Source: Deltaproteobacteria bacterium TL4
GTDB taxonomy: Bacteria; SAR324; NAC60-12
Length of the DNA: 33,937 bases
Direction: 5' to 3'
NCBI GenBank assembly: GCA_051382335.1
Contig: JBBCAX010000159.1
Coordinates: 1 to 33,937, forward strand
Shown here piece after piece: positions 1 through 9,415 of this stretch. Positions within the stretch are counted from its first letter, which is position 1. Each line of letters opens with the position of its first letter. Position numbers and translations under genes: made by a program. The notes under the pieces were generated by a model. The model made no database searches. It saw only the letters and a list, made by a program, of their open reading frames with translations, and was not told the DNA's origin.

Positions 1-205
1 TTTTGCTTTTTATAAAAAAAGACAGGCGAAATGAAATTGGTTGGACTTTTTTTAAAAAAAGTTCGTCGAAATAAAATTTATAGAAATTTTAGATAAACAA
101 CTAAATAAACAGACTCATAAATGCAACAACTTGAATCGCTTGTGATTCATGAGGAAAAAAGGTAATTGATAACTATCCACTTTAACCCCTTTTAAAAGAG
201 TCCCC

Positions 206-1072
206 ATGAGTACCAATATTGAAACAGAATCTCTGCATGACCCTTTATTAGTTCCAACCCGGAAAGTTTGGGATCTGATGTCTCCCGTAGAGCAAAATTT
301 TAAGGAAGATTCCATTATTGCTGCGCTCGAACGTGAATTTAACTTAATGGGAGAAACCACGATCCATTTTGATTCGCGGGCTTCAGCTACTGAAGTTTTG
401 AGGAGATATTTTGAAGCCAAGGGAAGAACCGTTTTTATTGCTTCCGATTTGCATACGCTGTATCCGGGAGAGCGAGCGTTTTATCCGGATCTCATGGTTG
501 TTTATGAGGTTGAGCCTCATCATCGAAGAAGTTGGAATGTCTTTCGAGAAAAGAAAGGTTTGGATTTTGTTTTGGAAATTCTATCCAAGGAGACGAAACG
601 TAAAGACCGAGTCGAAAAGCTTAATCTTTACGCACGGTTAGCAATTCCTGAATATTTTATCTTTGATCCTGATTTCTTGAGTTTACATGGATATGGTTTA
701 CGTCGAAAAACCTATCATGAAATTGAACCTGAAAATGAAAAAATCTTTTCCGAAATCCTGGGGCTTTATGTACAAGTTGAAGAAGATAAACTTCGATTTT
801 CTGTCCCGGATGGTTTAGAAATCCCTTTTGCTAATGAATTAATGACGCGACTCAATGAAAAGGTGAAACGTAAAGATCAAGTGATTGCGGATTACGCCCG
901 TGAATTGGAAGAAGAACGTCAACGAGCGGAAGAAGAACATCAACGAGCGGAAGAAGAACGTCAACGAGCGGAAGAAGAACATCAACGAGCGGAAGAAGAA
1001 CGTCAACGAGCGGAAAAAGCAGAAGCCGAGTTGCGACAACTTAAGGAAAAACTTGGGAGTTCCCAACTCTGA
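206..1072 (+). CDS. Uma2 (DUF820) family putative PD-(D/E)XK endonuclease with C-terminal coiled coil
   Basis: YPDLMVV...FVLEILS core, K-x2-LY-x3-IPEYFIFDP motif and EEERQRA heptad tail typical of Uma2 proteins. Confidence 0.85.
   Translation: MSTNIETESLHDPLLVPTRKVWDLMSPVEQNFKEDSIIAALEREFNLMGETTIHFDSRASATEVLRRYFEAKGRTVFIASDLHTLYPGERAFYPDLMVVYEVEPHHRRSWNVFREKKGLDFVLEILSKETKRKDRVEKLNLYARLAIPEYFIFDPDFLSLHGYGLRRKTYHEIEPENEKIFSEILGLYVQVEEDKLRFSVPDGLEIPFANELMTRLNEKVKRKDQVIADYARELEEERQRAEEEHQRAEEERQRAEEEHQRAEEERQRAEKAEAELRQLKEKLGSSQL
908..1012 (+). repeat. 21-bp coding tandem repeat, 5 copies (GAAGAAGAAC(G/A)TCAACGAGCG)
   Basis: Units at 908, 929, 950, 971 and 992 encode EEERQRA and EEEHQRA alternately. 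Confidence 0.97.
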
Positions 1073-1160
1073 AAAAACGGAGACACGGCTTTACGGGAGA
1101 ACGAGAATAACCCAAAAGGACCAGAAACCTCAAATTGAGACCCATTCCTTCACGAGGGGT

Positions 1161-1907
1161 ATGACACAAACATCGAAATTATTAGAAACGTTAAAACGAT
1201 ACCTAAAAGCCAAGGGTTTGACTTACCGGGATTTAGCGACGGATCTCGGCTTGAGTGAAGCGAGTGTTAAACGTTTATTTTCGGAACATTCCTTCTCTTT
1301 AAAGCGACTGGAAGAAGTGTGTAAGCTTTTGGATTTGGATTTTTATGATTTGGCCCGGATGAGCAAGATGCATGATGATCCTGCTGCGACATTGACCAAT
1401 GAGCAAGAGCAGGAGTTGGCTAAAAGCCCTAAGTTGCTGACCTTTTTATATCTTCTCATCAGCGGTTGGTCTCCGGAATTGATTGTCTCTGAATATGACA
1501 TTACGAGTTTGGAGCTGTCACAGATTTTATTGAATTTGGATCAACTGGGGGTCATAGAACTCCACCCGAATAACAAAGTGCGAGTCTTGGTATCCAAAAA
1601 CATGTTTTGGCGTAAAGACGGACCTATTTGGGAATTGTATAAAAAAAGGATTCAAAACGAGTACTTAAACCACCCTTTTAACCTCTCCAATGAGCGTTTG
1701 GTTTTTGTGCCGGGAAAACTATCAGAAGCCTCAACGAAAACAATTCTGAAGCAAATAGACAAGTTGGTAAAACAGTTCATGGAGCTGGCGGCTATGGACG
1801 CGTCAATTCCAACTGAAGATCGTATCAGCACAGGCTTGGTTGTGGCCTTCCGCCCGTGGGTGCTCTCCTTCCTTTCCGAACTGAAACGTCATAAAGAAAA
1901 AAACTAA
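1161..1907 (+). CDS. XRE/Cro-C1 family HTH transcriptional regulator
   Basis: LKRYLKAKGLTYRDLATDLGLSEASVKRLFS HTH; start reassigned to ATG 1161 behind a GAGGGG SD, since the ORF-track extension from 885 is an alternative frame of the Uma2 repeat. Confidence 0.8.
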   Translation: MTQTSKLLETLKRYLKAKGLTYRDLATDLGLSEASVKRLFSEHSFSLKRLEEVCKLLDLDFYDLARMSKMHDDPAATLTNEQEQELAKSPKLLTFLYLLISGWSPELIVSEYDITSLELSQILLNLDQLGVIELHPNNKVRVLVSKNMFWRKDGPIWELYKKRIQNEYLNHPFNLSNERLVFVPGKLSEASTKTILKQIDKLVKQFMELAAMDASIPTEDRISTGLVVAFRPWVLSFLSELKRHKEKN

Positions 1908-3094
1908 GGAAACTCCTCCGCCTCGGGGAGGTCTTGAAATTCTTTTTTTAGTAAGTATGTTTTGTCACTCATGTCCACAGAGGCCAGCTTTTCAATGATT
2001 CGACTCGCGGTATTTCCATCACCATAAGGATTGGTCAACTGTCTCAACGAATGTGTAAAAGAATCTGAACCGGCAAGCTCTAACGCCTTGAGGATCGAGC
2101 TCTCGGAACAGGAACAATCGATCACATTTTCAGGTTTAAAACGTCCAGCCTGCCGATCTCCAATATTGACAACGGGTAGCTTAAAAGAGGCGCTTTCCAA
2201 AATTCCGCTGGAGGAGTTTCCCAGCATCAGCCTCGCATAATTCATTGCGCTTAAATAACCTTGCTGTCCCAGACTTTTAATGAGTTTTATTCGGTGGGGA
2301 AAACGTTGTTCATAAGCCGCAAGCTCCTGATAAATGACTTTGCCCGCACTATCGGCATTAGGCATGGTAACCAAGGTAAAAAGATCTGTTTTCAGAACGG
2401 CGTTCAACACCTGTTGAACTTGTTGTTTCGCACTCTCATAGTGGTCCAAGGTCACCGGGTGATAAGTCATCAAGGCCACCCCTTTTTCAAAATCCACTCC
2501 CGTGTGTGCCTTGAGTTCAGATGGCGACAATAACGACCTTATTTTGATATTATCAATTCCCAACGCCCCAACTACAAAAACACGGTCCCTTGATTCCCCC
2601 ATCTGAATGATTCTCCGTCCATACGCTTCAATTGAAGGAAAATGGAAGGTTGCCATTTTTGTAAGGGCATGGCGAATGGGATCGTCGAGTGCCCCATAAG
2701 TCACCTCTCCTCCATGAATGTGGGCGATCAGCACTTTATGCATGAGCGCGGCGATACAAACGGACAAAAGTTCATACCGATCTCCTAAAACAATCAGTAA
2801 ATCGGGAGCTTTCTGGTGAAATAATTCTGAAAACCCACCCAATCCCGCGGCGATGGCATGGCAGATCGCATTTTCAGAATCATCACTCGAAGTCATTTCA
2901 ATGGTATCCTGAACCTGGATCCCATCCTTTTGGATAGCCTCAAGCGTATTTCCATAAAAAGCGGACAAATGACTTCCCGTAGCGACCAGTTGCAGTTCAA
3001 AGCGTTTGTCTTCCAACATTTTTTGGATCAGGGGGAAAAGGAGCCCATAGTCAGCTCTTCCCGTAGTCACCACCATAACTTTCACTGCTTTCAT
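1904..3094 (-). CDS. neuC: UDP/GDP-N-acetylhexosamine 2-epimerase, hydrolysing (NeuC/LegG type)
   Basis: TTGRADYGLL, LGDRYE, HIHGGE, YHPVTL, GNSSSGILE, NIGDRQ and NPYGDG motifs. Confidence 0.92.
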   Translation of the reverse strand: MKAVKVMVVTTGRADYGLLFPLIQKMLEDKRFELQLVATGSHLSAFYGNTLEAIQKDGIQVQDTIEMTSSDDSENAICHAIAAGLGGFSELFHQKAPDLLIVLGDRYELLSVCIAALMHKVLIAHIHGGEVTYGALDDPIRHALTKMATFHFPSIEAYGRRIIQMGESRDRVFVVGALGIDNIKIRSLLSPSELKAHTGVDFEKGVALMTYHPVTLDHYESAKQQVQQVLNAVLKTDLFTLVTMPNADSAGKVIYQELAAYEQRFPHRIKLIKSLGQQGYLSAMNYARLMLGNSSSGILESASFKLPVVNIGDRQAGRFKPENVIDCSCSESSILKALELAGSDSFTHSLRQLTNPYGDGNTASRIIEKLASVDMSDKTYLLKKEFQDLPEAEEFP

Positions 3095-3912
3095 AACTCA
3101 AAGAAGGTTAGAGGGCGTTGATAAAGCTCATGGCGTGTATCCTGTTGACAGGTAATCGTTTTTCTTAGCTCTCGTTGTTCGGTAAAATCGATGATCGTCT
3201 CCAAAATGCAAGGAGACTCAGAGTCCGAAGCGACTAAGGCCTGTCCGTGAGGATTCATCACTTGGGAGTGTCCTCCAAATTTTAAGTTCTCCATTCCAAG
3301 AACACGGTTGACCGCAATCATGTGACATTGATTTTCAACGGCTCGTCCCGCAATCAAGGCATCCCAGTGCCGAATACGTGACTGAGGCCATGCCGCGACA
3401 ACAATGATAGCCTCGGCCCCCTGCAAGCATTGCTTTCGAAAAATTTCAGGAAAACGAAGATCATAGCAGATTCCCAATCCTATCAAGACCCCCTCCAGAT
3501 TCACACAAACAATCCTTTCACCGTACTGTATCCATTTGTGTTCTCCGAGAACAGTGACCAAATGAGATTTACGATACTTTGCAACCTCTTGTCCCTGAGG
3601 ATTAAAAATATAGCTGGTATTGTAAACATGAGCTGGAGTTTCCACTTCCCCGAGGGAACCACCATGTAAAAATATTTTTAAAGTCCGGGCTAGTTGAGAA
3701 AGCAGCTCATATCCTTGCCGTTGATAGGCTTGCGAGAATTGAGACACCTTGGGTAAGTCATACCCGGACAACCACATTTCAGGAAGAATCACTAACTCCG
3801 CACCTTGATGTGCCGCTTGTTGAATGGTTTCTTCCGCCAGTTTTAGATTTTCTGCAGGGTTGCTGTCATTGATTGGCATCTGACAAAGAGCCACATGGAG
3901 TTTATTTCTCAT
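3091..3912 (-). CDS. Carbon-nitrogen hydrolase (nitrilase superfamily, omega-amidase-like)
   Basis: Glu-Lys-Cys triad in LPEMW, YRKSHL and ICYDLRFPE; RAVENQ motif. Confidence 0.9.
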   Translation of the reverse strand: MRNKLHVALCQMPINDSNPAENLKLAEETIQQAAHQGAELVILPEMWLSGYDLPKVSQFSQAYQRQGYELLSQLARTLKIFLHGGSLGEVETPAHVYNTSYIFNPQGQEVAKYRKSHLVTVLGEHKWIQYGERIVCVNLEGVLIGLGICYDLRFPEIFRKQCLQGAEAIIVVAAWPQSRIRHWDALIAGRAVENQCHMIAVNRVLGMENLKFGGHSQVMNPHGQALVASDSESPCILETIIDFTEQRELRKTITCQQDTRHELYQRPLTFFEL

Positions 3913-3924
3913 AGTAAGGGAAGA

Positions 3925-4983
3925 TCAGGATTGTGGAAAAACATCATAGAACTCAATATCCGCTCTTCGAAAATCATTGATTTCCCCTATATCAATCCAA
4001 TATTCGCGAATAGGAAAAACAATGGTTTCATGTTTTTTGGCCATAAGATCTTCAAAAAGAGTAGGCATATCAAAAAAAACATCCGAAGGAATATGGTTCA
4101 ACACAGTAGGATTTAAAACATACACGCCCGCATTGACAAAAAATCGATGTATGGGTTTTTCCTCAATATGCAGGATACGATGATTCTCAGTTTGTACCAC
4201 ACCATAAGGAACCTGAAAGTCGTAATCACGGACACACATGGTGGCTTGGGCGTTCGCATGTTCATTATGAAAATTCAGGAGCTGCTTAAAATTGACTTTC
4301 GTTAACACATCCCCATTCATCACAATAAGCGGATGTTCTGGCAATCGAGGAAGCAAACTCAACGCCCCGGCGGTCCCCATACGTTTGGTTTCATGTAAAT
4401 ATTGAATATCCACATTCCAACGAGAACCCTCTCCAAAATAATTTTGAATCATTTCCGCTTTATAGTTAACGGAAAGGAAAAACTTTTTGAAGCCATACCC
4501 TATAAAGTTTTCAATAATTGTTTCAAGAAGGGGTTTACTGCCCACTTTCAACAAAGGCTTGGGACACGTTTCAGTAAAAGGTCTCAAGCGCGAGCCTAAA
4601 CCTCCTGCCATGATAACCACCCAGTTTGGATGAGTTTCGACTTGAATCAATTCGTCAATAACTTCAAGCCCCACAATATGGTTGTCATGATCAACGACAG
4701 GAATTTGATGGATTTCCGTTTGACGCATCAACGCGAGAATGGTTTCCCGATTATCGTCAATAGACACCGTGAGAGGAGAGGTATTCATAACCTTCGTTAC
4801 AGAATCTTCCAAAGAAGATCCCTTTAAAATTGCACGACGAATATCCCCATCCGTTACAATTCCCAAAAGGTGATTTTCTTCACTGACAACCAGCACGACT
4901 TGCTCTGCGCCTTTATCGATGGTAATGATCGCGTCACGAATCGAGTGCTCGGGCGTCAGTGATAAACGCTTCCAGTTAACCAT
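3925..4983 (-). CDS. CBS-domain nucleotidyltransferase (PtmE-like sugar-1-phosphate guanylyltransferase)
   Basis: N-terminal CBS pair (GIVTDGDIRRAIL), then MAGGLGSRLRP...PKPLL, GTAGAL, MNGDVLT, EEKP and YWIDIG. Confidence 0.9.
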   Translation of the reverse strand: MVNWKRLSLTPEHSIRDAIITIDKGAEQVVLVVSEENHLLGIVTDGDIRRAILKGSSLEDSVTKVMNTSPLTVSIDDNRETILALMRQTEIHQIPVVDHDNHIVGLEVIDELIQVETHPNWVVIMAGGLGSRLRPFTETCPKPLLKVGSKPLLETIIENFIGYGFKKFFLSVNYKAEMIQNYFGEGSRWNVDIQYLHETKRMGTAGALSLLPRLPEHPLIVMNGDVLTKVNFKQLLNFHNEHANAQATMCVRDYDFQVPYGVVQTENHRILHIEEKPIHRFFVNAGVYVLNPTVLNHIPSDVFFDMPTLFEDLMAKKHETIVFPIREYWIDIGEINDFRRADIEFYDVFPQS

Positions 4984-5080
4984 AAACCTGCTTTTGTGTG
5001 ACTGAGATTAAGTTGAGAAGATTCATGAAAAGAACATTCCAGGAAATGCAAAATACATGCGTTATTCAGCAATATTCAGA

Positions 5081-5758
5081 TTATACCCTTTTAGCAGGAA
5101 CGCCCCTCACTTGTGTTTTGGGTGCGACATCGCGAGTAACAACGGCTCCAGCCGCAACCAGGCAGCCTTCTCCCAAGTGAATTCCCTGAATAATGGAAGC
5201 TCCCGTACCGATATGAACGCCATCGTCAATAGTAATTCCTCCTGACAAGGTTACTCCTGGAGCGATGTGAACATGGTTCCCAATATGGACATCATGATCC
5301 ATCACAGCACGGGTATTCAGAATGCTATTCACACCAATACGGCCTCCGGTTTGTATGACCACTCCCGCCATAATTTGCGTCCCTTCTCCGATGTCTACAT
5401 CTAAACCGATAATGGCGGAGGGATGAATCACTGTCTCAAAATGATAACCTTGAGCACAAAATTTTTCAAATACGGATTGCCTGAGTGTCGTACTTCGAAT
5501 GGAACCAATCCCATTAACGAGCAGAACCTCATCCGAAGAGTAGTGGCAAAGCACCTCATCTCCGCCCAAAACAGGAACCGCTAATATTTTTTGGCTGATT
5601 GACAATTGGGGGTCAAGAACGCCAACAATGTTATAATGCAGGCAGCTCAGCGCATCAATCAGCACTTTCGCATGTCCACCACCGCCGATTATTAAGACTT
5701 TTTTATTTACTTGAGACACCACGGTTTTTCGTTCCCCTGAAAGCTTATTAAGCGTCAA
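5081..5758 (-). CDS. NeuD/PglD-family sugar acetyltransferase
   Basis: IIGGGGHAKV N-terminus, IHPSA, DHD and hexapeptide repeats ending GVPAK; exact start uncertain. Confidence 0.88.
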   Translation of the reverse strand: MTLNKLSGERKTVVSQVNKKVLIIGGGGHAKVLIDALSCLHYNIVGVLDPQLSISQKILAVPVLGGDEVLCHYSSDEVLLVNGIGSIRSTTLRQSVFEKFCAQGYHFETVIHPSAIIGLDVDIGEGTQIMAGVVIQTGGRIGVNSILNTRAVMDHDVHIGNHVHIAPGVTLSGGITIDDGVHIGTGASIIQGIHLGEGCLVAAGAVVTRDVAPKTQVRGVPAKRV

Positions 5759-6821
5759 TTATTTGATCTGCCGCATAGTTTTTACTCGCTTTTTTTCCGA
5801 GCCATTCCCAATAATGGAGTGGTGAGATTCCTGTTCCTGGACGTTTGATGGCTAAATTTTCAGTAGTGAATTCCTCCCCTTGAACAACCGCACCTTGAGT
5901 CACCAGACTTTTACGGGCAATTTTTTTATTTTTGAGCTCTACGCCATCAGGCGCTTTAATCCCTCGGCCGAGAGCTGCTTCAATATTTCGAATTCCTTTT
6001 ACCAAATTCCGTAACGATTCAGGTTCTAAGGAAGCCTGATGATCCGGTCCCGGAAGCGTACAATCCAGAGTAAAATGTTTTTCAATCACAACCGCGCCTC
6101 TCGCGACAGCCGCCAAGGCTATTTCTATGCCTTGCGTATGATCTGAAAAACCTACAGGCAAACCAAAGGCCTCCTTCATCGTATCCATCGCTTTTAAATT
6201 AACACTGGAAAATGGTGCGGGATATTCCGTCGTACAGTGAAGCAACACCACTTTTTCCTGTAACACCTGTTGACCTTCTTTAGAACTCCACGCGGATTGA
6301 AACGCGGTGATAGAAGGCGCTTTTTGATTCGAAAGATATCCCAAGGCGAGTACGCCCAAAGCTTGTTCCACTTCGCCAAGAGAACTCATTCCTGTTGAAA
6401 GAATCACCGGTTTTGCGGTAAGAGCCACTTCATACAATAATGGCGCATTGGTGATTTCTCCTGACCCTATTTTAATTCGAGGAAGCTTCAGCTTGGAAAC
6501 CAGCATTTTCAAACTTTCGCTATCAAAGGGCGTCGAAAGAAATTGAATTCCTTTTTGTTCGCAATAAGCAAACAGAATCTGGTGACTCTGCTCATCTAAC
6601 TCCAGTTTTTTGAGCATTGAGAGTTGGGATTCCGCTTCATTGGTTGTTTTTTTTTGATAATTGGCTTTGGGTGCCGACGCGATGACCAGTTTTTCTGAGC
6701 GGAAGGTTTGGAATTTTATGGCATCCACACCGGCAGCAACAGCGACATCAACCAGCTTTTTTGCAATATCCAAAGAACCATTATGATTCACTCCGGCTTC
6801 GCCTATAATATAAACGCTCAT
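5748..6821 (-). CDS. neuB: N-acetylneuraminate/legionaminate synthase (NeuB/LegI)
   Basis: IIGEAGVNHNG, KFQTF, STPFD, LSTGMS, LHCTTEYP, SDHT, IEKHFTLD and C-terminal SAF domain KRPGTGISP. Confidence 0.95.
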   Translation of the reverse strand: MSVYIIGEAGVNHNGSLDIAKKLVDVAVAAGVDAIKFQTFRSEKLVIASAPKANYQKKTTNEAESQLSMLKKLELDEQSHQILFAYCEQKGIQFLSTPFDSESLKMLVSKLKLPRIKIGSGEITNAPLLYEVALTAKPVILSTGMSSLGEVEQALGVLALGYLSNQKAPSITAFQSAWSSKEGQQVLQEKVVLLHCTTEYPAPFSSVNLKAMDTMKEAFGLPVGFSDHTQGIEIALAAVARGAVVIEKHFTLDCTLPGPDHQASLEPESLRNLVKGIRNIEAALGRGIKAPDGVELKNKKIARKSLVTQGAVVQGEEFTTENLAIKRPGTGISPLHYWEWLGKKASKNYAADQIIDA

Positions 6822-6890
6822 GTTGTCTCACTCCAATTGACTACCGAATCTATTTAATGGATGTTTAATATAACCGCTCACAAAGGTGGT

Positions 6891-7481
6891 TTAGCCCTCT
6901 CTAGGTATTCGATATCGTATGATTTTTGCGGGTACACCGCCAACAATAGCATAGGGAGGAACATCCTTCGTGACCACAGAACCAGCTCCCACGATTGCGC
7001 CTTTTCCTATGGTTACATTACTCGTAATCACACTATTAGCAGCAATCCATACTCCATCTTCAATTATAATTTTTCCGGGAAGGTGTCCTTGAAGTTTGAC
7101 GGGAACATCCAGTTGTTCTGAAGCATGATTGGCTGCTCTGAAAACCACATTGGGTCCAACGATTACATAATCTCCGAGAATCATTTCTCCTTCGGAAGCC
7201 CCTAATTGTACATTTGTATTGAAGGAACAGTAATCTCCAACTATTAAGTGTCCTGATTCCGCGTAAATATAAGAATGAGGGAGAATCTTGAAATTTTTTC
7301 CAAGTTCAATATTCTCAAACCCGGTAATTCTCACATCCTCCGCAATATTGGCACCCTCTTTTAAACCTTTAAACATAGAGCCATAAACACGATATCGTAT
7401 CATTTTACCTAACTCCGTAGGAAAAATACGAATAAAGTGCATAATAAACTCTTTTAATATAGATTTAATCAATGTCTTCAT
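6891..7481 (-). CDS. Hexapeptide-repeat O-acyltransferase
   Basis: Left-handed beta-helix repeats; [13 protein letters not shown]...[22 protein letters not shown]. Confidence 0.88.
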   Translation of the reverse strand: MKTLIKSILKEFIMHFIRIFPTELGKMIRYRVYGSMFKGLKEGANIAEDVRITGFENIELGKNFKILPHSYIYAESGHLIVGDYCSFNTNVQLGASEGEMILGDYVIVGPNVVFRAANHASEQLDVPVKLQGHLPGKIIIEDGVWIAANSVITSNVTIGKGAIVGAGSVVTKDVPPYAIVGGVPAKIIRYRIPREG

Positions 7482-7537
7482 TCTTCTGATCTTTGTAGCG
7501 TTCTACAATTCCACTTTGTTAAACGAAATCAACCGAT

Positions 7538-9370
7538 TTATGATTTTTCAACAATCATTTGATTAAAAAACGACGTAATCTCAGGACCAACGTTTTCAAC
7601 CCGACAATAACGATGCAAAAACTCTTGATTTTTTGGGGCTGCCGCACTCTGCTCCATATCCTGTATCAAGGCTTGAATGACTCCGGGAAAGTCGTCAGGA
7701 TTTGAAGATAAACGAACTCTTTTTTTAAGCGATTCAAGGGCATGAGTTTCAATTTCTACATCCTGAGCGGAATAGAGGACCGCAATCGGACAATCCGTTA
7801 ATAAACATTCCAAAAAAACAGTGGAGGGATTTTCAATAATGAATGCGTCGGCTTTATCCAATATCTCCGCAGTAGGTCTGGTTTCAAGGGTTATATGTTC
7901 AAACTTGAGATAAGCTTCATATAACTCTTTGTAGGGTTCCATCGTTTTAAGCACAAATGAAACCTCTTTAAACTCGGTCAATAGCTTTAATAAGAACTGT
8001 TGATATCGGTATGCTTGAGTAAAAAATCCGCCATTGCCAGGGTAATGCTGCCAAGTATTGGGCTTGATACTATCCAGCATCACATAAATACACTTCTGTT
8101 GATGAACCACGGAAGATTTAAGTTTTTTCTTTATATTTTCAAGTCGAATAGAACCTACCGCAATTTTACAGGCCTTCCCTTGATTAAGGAGAGGACTGTT
8201 TTCAACACTTTTTCCATAAGTTAAAAAATAATCGGAGTGGATGACATCCAAACTCGCCAAAGGCCAATTGACATAACCGATTCCCCCGCCTTCCTGATAG
8301 GTAACAACGGGGATCTGGAGTGCTTTGATTTGCTCTAAAAAATAAGCATGCTTTAAATCTAAACGGCATTCTGAGGTGAGCATCATTTTCAGATTCAGTT
8401 TTTCAAGCGTCTGTTGAATGGCCTCCGCATTGGATAGCAACGGAGTTAATGAAGAGCTAATCCAGGGGGATAAGAAGTCATGAGCAAACTGGTATAAACG
8501 CTCAAATCCTTTGGAGAGTGTTTGAAACTCAGGTTTGTGAGGCATGGCCAATAAGGCCTTTTGCAGCCGCGTCAACGTATTCGAATCCACATCCAGCTTC
8601 AGCTTTAAGGGCCGCCCTTTATTCTTATAAGGATTAAACGTTAATAAATCGGAATCAACCTTGAGATTTAGAAACCGGACTTGCCCTTGAAGATGCTCTG
8701 CCAATGCATAAATGTCATGAGCTTCCATCAAAATCAGCGCATTAGTGTCAGGGAGAGCAAACAGCCTTCCTGTTGTTTGCTGAAAGGCGGATTTCAGGAA
8801 TGTTTTAGTTGTTTGTACCCAATTGAAAGGAGAGGCCGAAGGCGTAAACGATTTTGCCGTTATCGTTTGAATAGGAAATTGATCCCCAAACACCTCGGGA
8901 ATCATGAACGAAGAAAGGGCTCTCGGGCGATAATCAAAAAAATTCGGTACGTCCACGCCATTGTGAAAAACGCTGATTTTTTGACCAGAGTAGTGCTCCA
9001 GCATTTTTTGAGTCAGGAGGTAGCAGGAAAACAGAGCATCAAAGAAGACTTTGAAGTAAAAAAAACTACTTTGACAAACCTTTGACTTCGCCTTTCCCAG
9101 AAATGAAAATTCCTTCGCAATTTGTTGATCCAGGAGTTTACAGTAAGTTTGAGTCCGTTCCCAGTTTTCCCGCCCTACCCGATTCATATCCGGCAACGTC
9201 ACCAATTCGTCCGGGAAGTAACAGGGGACACCTCTTTTTTCCAGCCGTAATTTACCCTGAAGCGAAAAAGAAAAAATCGGTCCGGGATGGTTTCGATAAG
9301 CCTTTTCTACAGAATCGGTTAGGCTGGGATCTTCAAATAAATATAAATAATCACTTGTTAATTCCATCAA
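7538..9370 (-). CDS. Hypothetical 610-aa protein, probable surface-carbohydrate biosynthesis/transferase
   Basis: Long intact ORF inside the glycan locus; YQEGGGIGY, SDYFLTYG, VGSIRL and STVFLECL segments resemble GT-B-like capsule/O-antigen proteins. Confidence 0.6.
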   Translation of the reverse strand: MMELTSDYLYLFEDPSLTDSVEKAYRNHPGPIFSFSLQGKLRLEKRGVPCYFPDELVTLPDMNRVGRENWERTQTYCKLLDQQIAKEFSFLGKAKSKVCQSSFFYFKVFFDALFSCYLLTQKMLEHYSGQKISVFHNGVDVPNFFDYRPRALSSFMIPEVFGDQFPIQTITAKSFTPSASPFNWVQTTKTFLKSAFQQTTGRLFALPDTNALILMEAHDIYALAEHLQGQVRFLNLKVDSDLLTFNPYKNKGRPLKLKLDVDSNTLTRLQKALLAMPHKPEFQTLSKGFERLYQFAHDFLSPWISSSLTPLLSNAEAIQQTLEKLNLKMMLTSECRLDLKHAYFLEQIKALQIPVVTYQEGGGIGYVNWPLASLDVIHSDYFLTYGKSVENSPLLNQGKACKIAVGSIRLENIKKKLKSSVVHQQKCIYVMLDSIKPNTWQHYPGNGGFFTQAYRYQQFLLKLLTEFKEVSFVLKTMEPYKELYEAYLKFEHITLETRPTAEILDKADAFIIENPSTVFLECLLTDCPIAVLYSAQDVEIETHALESLKKRVRLSSNPDDFPGVIQALIQDMEQSAAAPKNQEFLHRYCRVENVGPEITSFFNQMIVEKS

Positions 9371-9415
9371 TTTTTAAGCTCAATCCATGCTGAAGTTTGA
9401 AATCAGGAACATTCC

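Noticed and set aside
908..1012. CRISPR-like appearance of the repeat
   Set aside because: Units are contiguous with no spacers and are in-frame coding; no cas genes in the window
885..1160. N-terminal extension of the 885..1907 ORF, and antisense ORF 839..1066
   Set aside because: These are alternative-frame readings of the 21-bp repeat; the HTH protein has its own SD and ATG at 1161
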